Shown piece after piece: positions 61,571 to 64,000 of a DNA stretch of 64,000 nucleotides; position 1 is the stretch's first letter; every line of letters starts with the position of its first letter. Below the pieces are notes generated by a model. It searched no databases, had not been told where the DNA came from, and saw only the letters and a program-made list of their open reading frames with translations. The stretch lies in the NCBI GenBank assembly GCA_013239625.1, contig MU053557.1:1061063-1125062 (forward strand). The letters run 5' to 3'. The position numbers and the translations under genes are program-made. This DNA comes from Lama guanicoe. Lineage: Eukaryota.

Positions 61571-63089
61571 AGACATATACTTTTATTTGCTTTCTTGGCC
61601 CCGTCCCCAGAGTACCTGCCTCACTAGGTTCACGCAGGCGTCGGAGGAGCCACATTGTGCGAGCGCCCCTGCTGATTTGGATGTGGGGAGTCTTTGGATC
61701 ACACTCTGACAAACACTGCTTCAATTTCTGTGTCTCTTTTGGGACTTTTTGTCTGGCTCACAGGCATCTGCTCTCCCTCTTTCTTGCAGACACTTTCCCA
61801 AAATATACCATCATCTCAAGACCACAGAACATATTTTAGGTTCCTCCCATGTTGCTCAGGCAGCTTAGCCTAACTCAGGGCCTGCAGAAGGCATCTTAGT
61901 ACACATTTATTTAACTCAGTTGAGCAATATTTGTGTAAGTAATTCTAGGTCACTATTTTCTCAGGTTGAAATATATCTATCTGTATGCATTTTTAATGAT
62001 GCTTATACCATGGAAATTCTATTACTTAATCTTTCCCTTACCTCATTCCTTAGCAATATGCTACTTTCAAAATAAAACTCTTTCTGAAGTAAATAGGTTT
62101 CAGCTGTATTTGAGGAAACAGTATATTGTCTCTTCTGTCCAGGGGCAGCGTGTAAGGGATATAAGGGTGGAGGGGTTGGGGTGAGGAAAGAATGTGTCTC
62201 TGAAATAGCTCAAACCTTGGACTTAGAGAAACAGACCACAATTTGGGACACCATGATTTGGAGATACTTTTAAAGACCACCACAGTTTGAGACCTATACT
62301 TCCTGTGTTAATAGCTGTCACACTTTGCTGTGATTTAACCTTCTTGCTTTTTAAAAAATAACTCTTTAAAGAGCTCTCTTAATGGTCATTTGCTCAAACA
62401 GTATGTCATCACTCTTTTTAAGCACCCAAGACAAGTGGGTGGTGTGGGGAAGAGTCTCATTTTAAAGCGGTAGCCACCTTTGTCTTGAGTCATCCTTTCT
62501 TCCTTTCATCCTTTCTGGTATTATTGAAAACCAGCAGCATTTTAAAAATCATTAATCCTTATTGCCTCATAACTATGCTTATTTCTGGGGACTGATGTTT
62601 GTCAGGCAGGCATCCTGTGTAAAAGCACCCCTATTTCAGATGCTTCAAAATGATCTTTGATCTTATTCGGAACTCAGCAGCTGTCTGTGGGATTCTTTCC
62701 TGGCTTCTCACCTGATCTTTTCTTTCATCTCTGATTTGGCTTTGGGATTGTGATTATATTTTTTAGGGGATTATTTTTAAGTGACAGCATTGAATAGAAG
62801 TGAGTGAATGTTCTTAGAAAATTGTCCTAAAGATATGCTTACAAGGGAAGGAGCTGAGACAACTACTTAGGTCATCTGGGCTCCTGAACACTTTATTTTG
62901 AGTTCATGTGGCCTCCTCTGTCCATGGTAGCTGCTAGACTCATGCACTACTTCAAACCCCCAATCAGTCGTTTCACAAACTACCCAGGGAATCCTACTTA
63001 AGTACGTGAAGAGCACCAGAACAGGACAGAAACCGACACCATGCCAGATTGAAAGCCCAGTTACCCATAGTTCCCACTTCCTGATTTAT

Positions 63090-63690
63090 AATTCACAGTC
63101 TTCACTATAATGATCTCAGAAATACAGATCTAATCTTGATGCTCCTCAGCTCAAATCCTGCAACGGTGTCTCCTCACATTGGGAAGAAAATATGAATTCT
63201 TACCTTTTGGTAGGAAGTTCTAGGGTGACTATATAATTCACTGTCCAAATTGGGACCGTTTGAGAGTAAAAAGAATGCTGTGAAAAATTACGTTTAGGCA
63301 ACAGGCAGAAACTCAGCCTATTCTGGACAATAGGAGCAGAGGGTTTCCCTAACTAAAGCTGCCTGCAGACTCACCCCCCACCCCCTTCAGCCACTGTGCT
63401 CCAATCATACTGGTCTCTTTCGTGTTCTTAAAAGTGCTAAGATTTCCCCTCTGTGACCTTTGCACGTGCTACACACTTTATCTGAAATGCTTTCCACCTA
63501 GCACCTTGCATGGCTGGCTCTTCATCTGGTAGGTCTCAGGTTAACAATCGCCACCTCAGAGAGGCTGTCTCTGACCATCTGCTCTTGTGGCAGTCCTGTC
63601 TCCGTCATGCTCTATCCCAGGATACTGTGCATTTTTCTTACCACGTTGATTGTGATCATAAACTCTAGTTTTCTGTATCTCTGCTAACTT
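63090..63690 (+). mobile_element. L2 3' region interrupted by a hAT-Blackjack MITE
   Basis: cagccactgtgctccaatcatactgg...acctttgcacgtgct...catggctggctc...cacctcagagaggctgtctctgacca. Confidence 0.8.
63221..63351. mobile_element. hAT-Blackjack MITE, MER94-like (~131 bp)
   Basis: tagggtgactatataattcactgtccaaattgggaccgtttgagagtaaaa...ggtttcccta; termini tagggtgac / gtttcccta are imperfect inverted repeats. Confidence 0.8.
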
Positions 63691-64000
63691 CTCTATCACC
63701 CAGCTCTCTGCTGCTCAGTCTGCATGGAGTCCCTATCTTCTGTTGTTACCTTTTAGGGTTTCACTCCCACAACGAGATTGACTCTTCTTTCCCAATTCCG
63801 AACTCCTAGAAAGTGGTACTGATTGTCCCAGCTTGGTTCAGATGACCTGTTCTGGTAAAGTCCCCTATCGTTAGGGGAGTGGGCCAAGTTGTATAAGCAT
63901 CCGTGCCAGGAACCCACATTTTCGGATAGGGACACTTAAGGGGCAGTGGGCAAAGGCATGGACTCTAAAACGTATGTAAATGGTTTCCTTTCCTCTCTCT

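Noticed and set aside
61659..61677. CTCF-like site gagcgcccctgctga
   Set aside because: One C short of the core spacing; aligns poorly to the consensus without a gap
6456..62492. Scattered AP-1 heptamers (TGAGTCA/TGACTCA)
   Set aside because: About 8 are expected by chance in 64 kb; the apparent excess is modest, unclustered and partly inside repeats
1..64000. Protein-coding gene from the ORF track
   Set aside because: All ORFs are 156 aa or shorter, many start at non-ATG codons, and they map to L1/LTR relics or lack any recognisable domain; no multi-exon gene could be identified
1..64000. CRISPR arrays, operons or other prokaryotic/viral systems
   Set aside because: The sequence is mammalian; there is no regularly spaced repeat-spacer array and no long ORF or internal gag/pol/env remnant was recognised

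Overview
Mammalian, AT-rich, CpG-depleted non-coding DNA, most likely a large intron or an intergenic block. The species is probably a camelid (camel, alpaca or llama). The evidence is a tRNA-Ala-derived SINE of the Vic-1 type (38616-38741) and cetartiodactyl/camelid-type LINE-1 3' ends, with no Alu, BovB/Bov-A or PRE1 seen. Roughly half or more of the window is recognisable transposon relics: L1 of several ages, L2, MIR, MaLR (MLT1), ERVL (LTR33-like), one ERV1 solo LTR and hAT DNA transposons, often nested. No protein-coding gene can be supported. The ORF track consists of L1 ORF1/ORF2 debris, its antisense, or chance ORFs. The most notable observations are two 5'-inverted (twin-primed) L1s, one with a fold-back palindrome at its junction; a copy-specific hairpin insertion in an L1; an old ~800-bp-offset local duplication; candidate + strand splice signals (a 19-nt microexon, a donor followed by a G-quadruplex, a recursive-splice-like AG|GT site); and a local CpG-rich patch. 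I see no convincing evidence of a novel biological system. Repeat subfamily names come from recalled consensus sequences, and boundaries of old elements are approximate (about +/-30-50 bp) unless a target-site duplication (TSD) is quoted.
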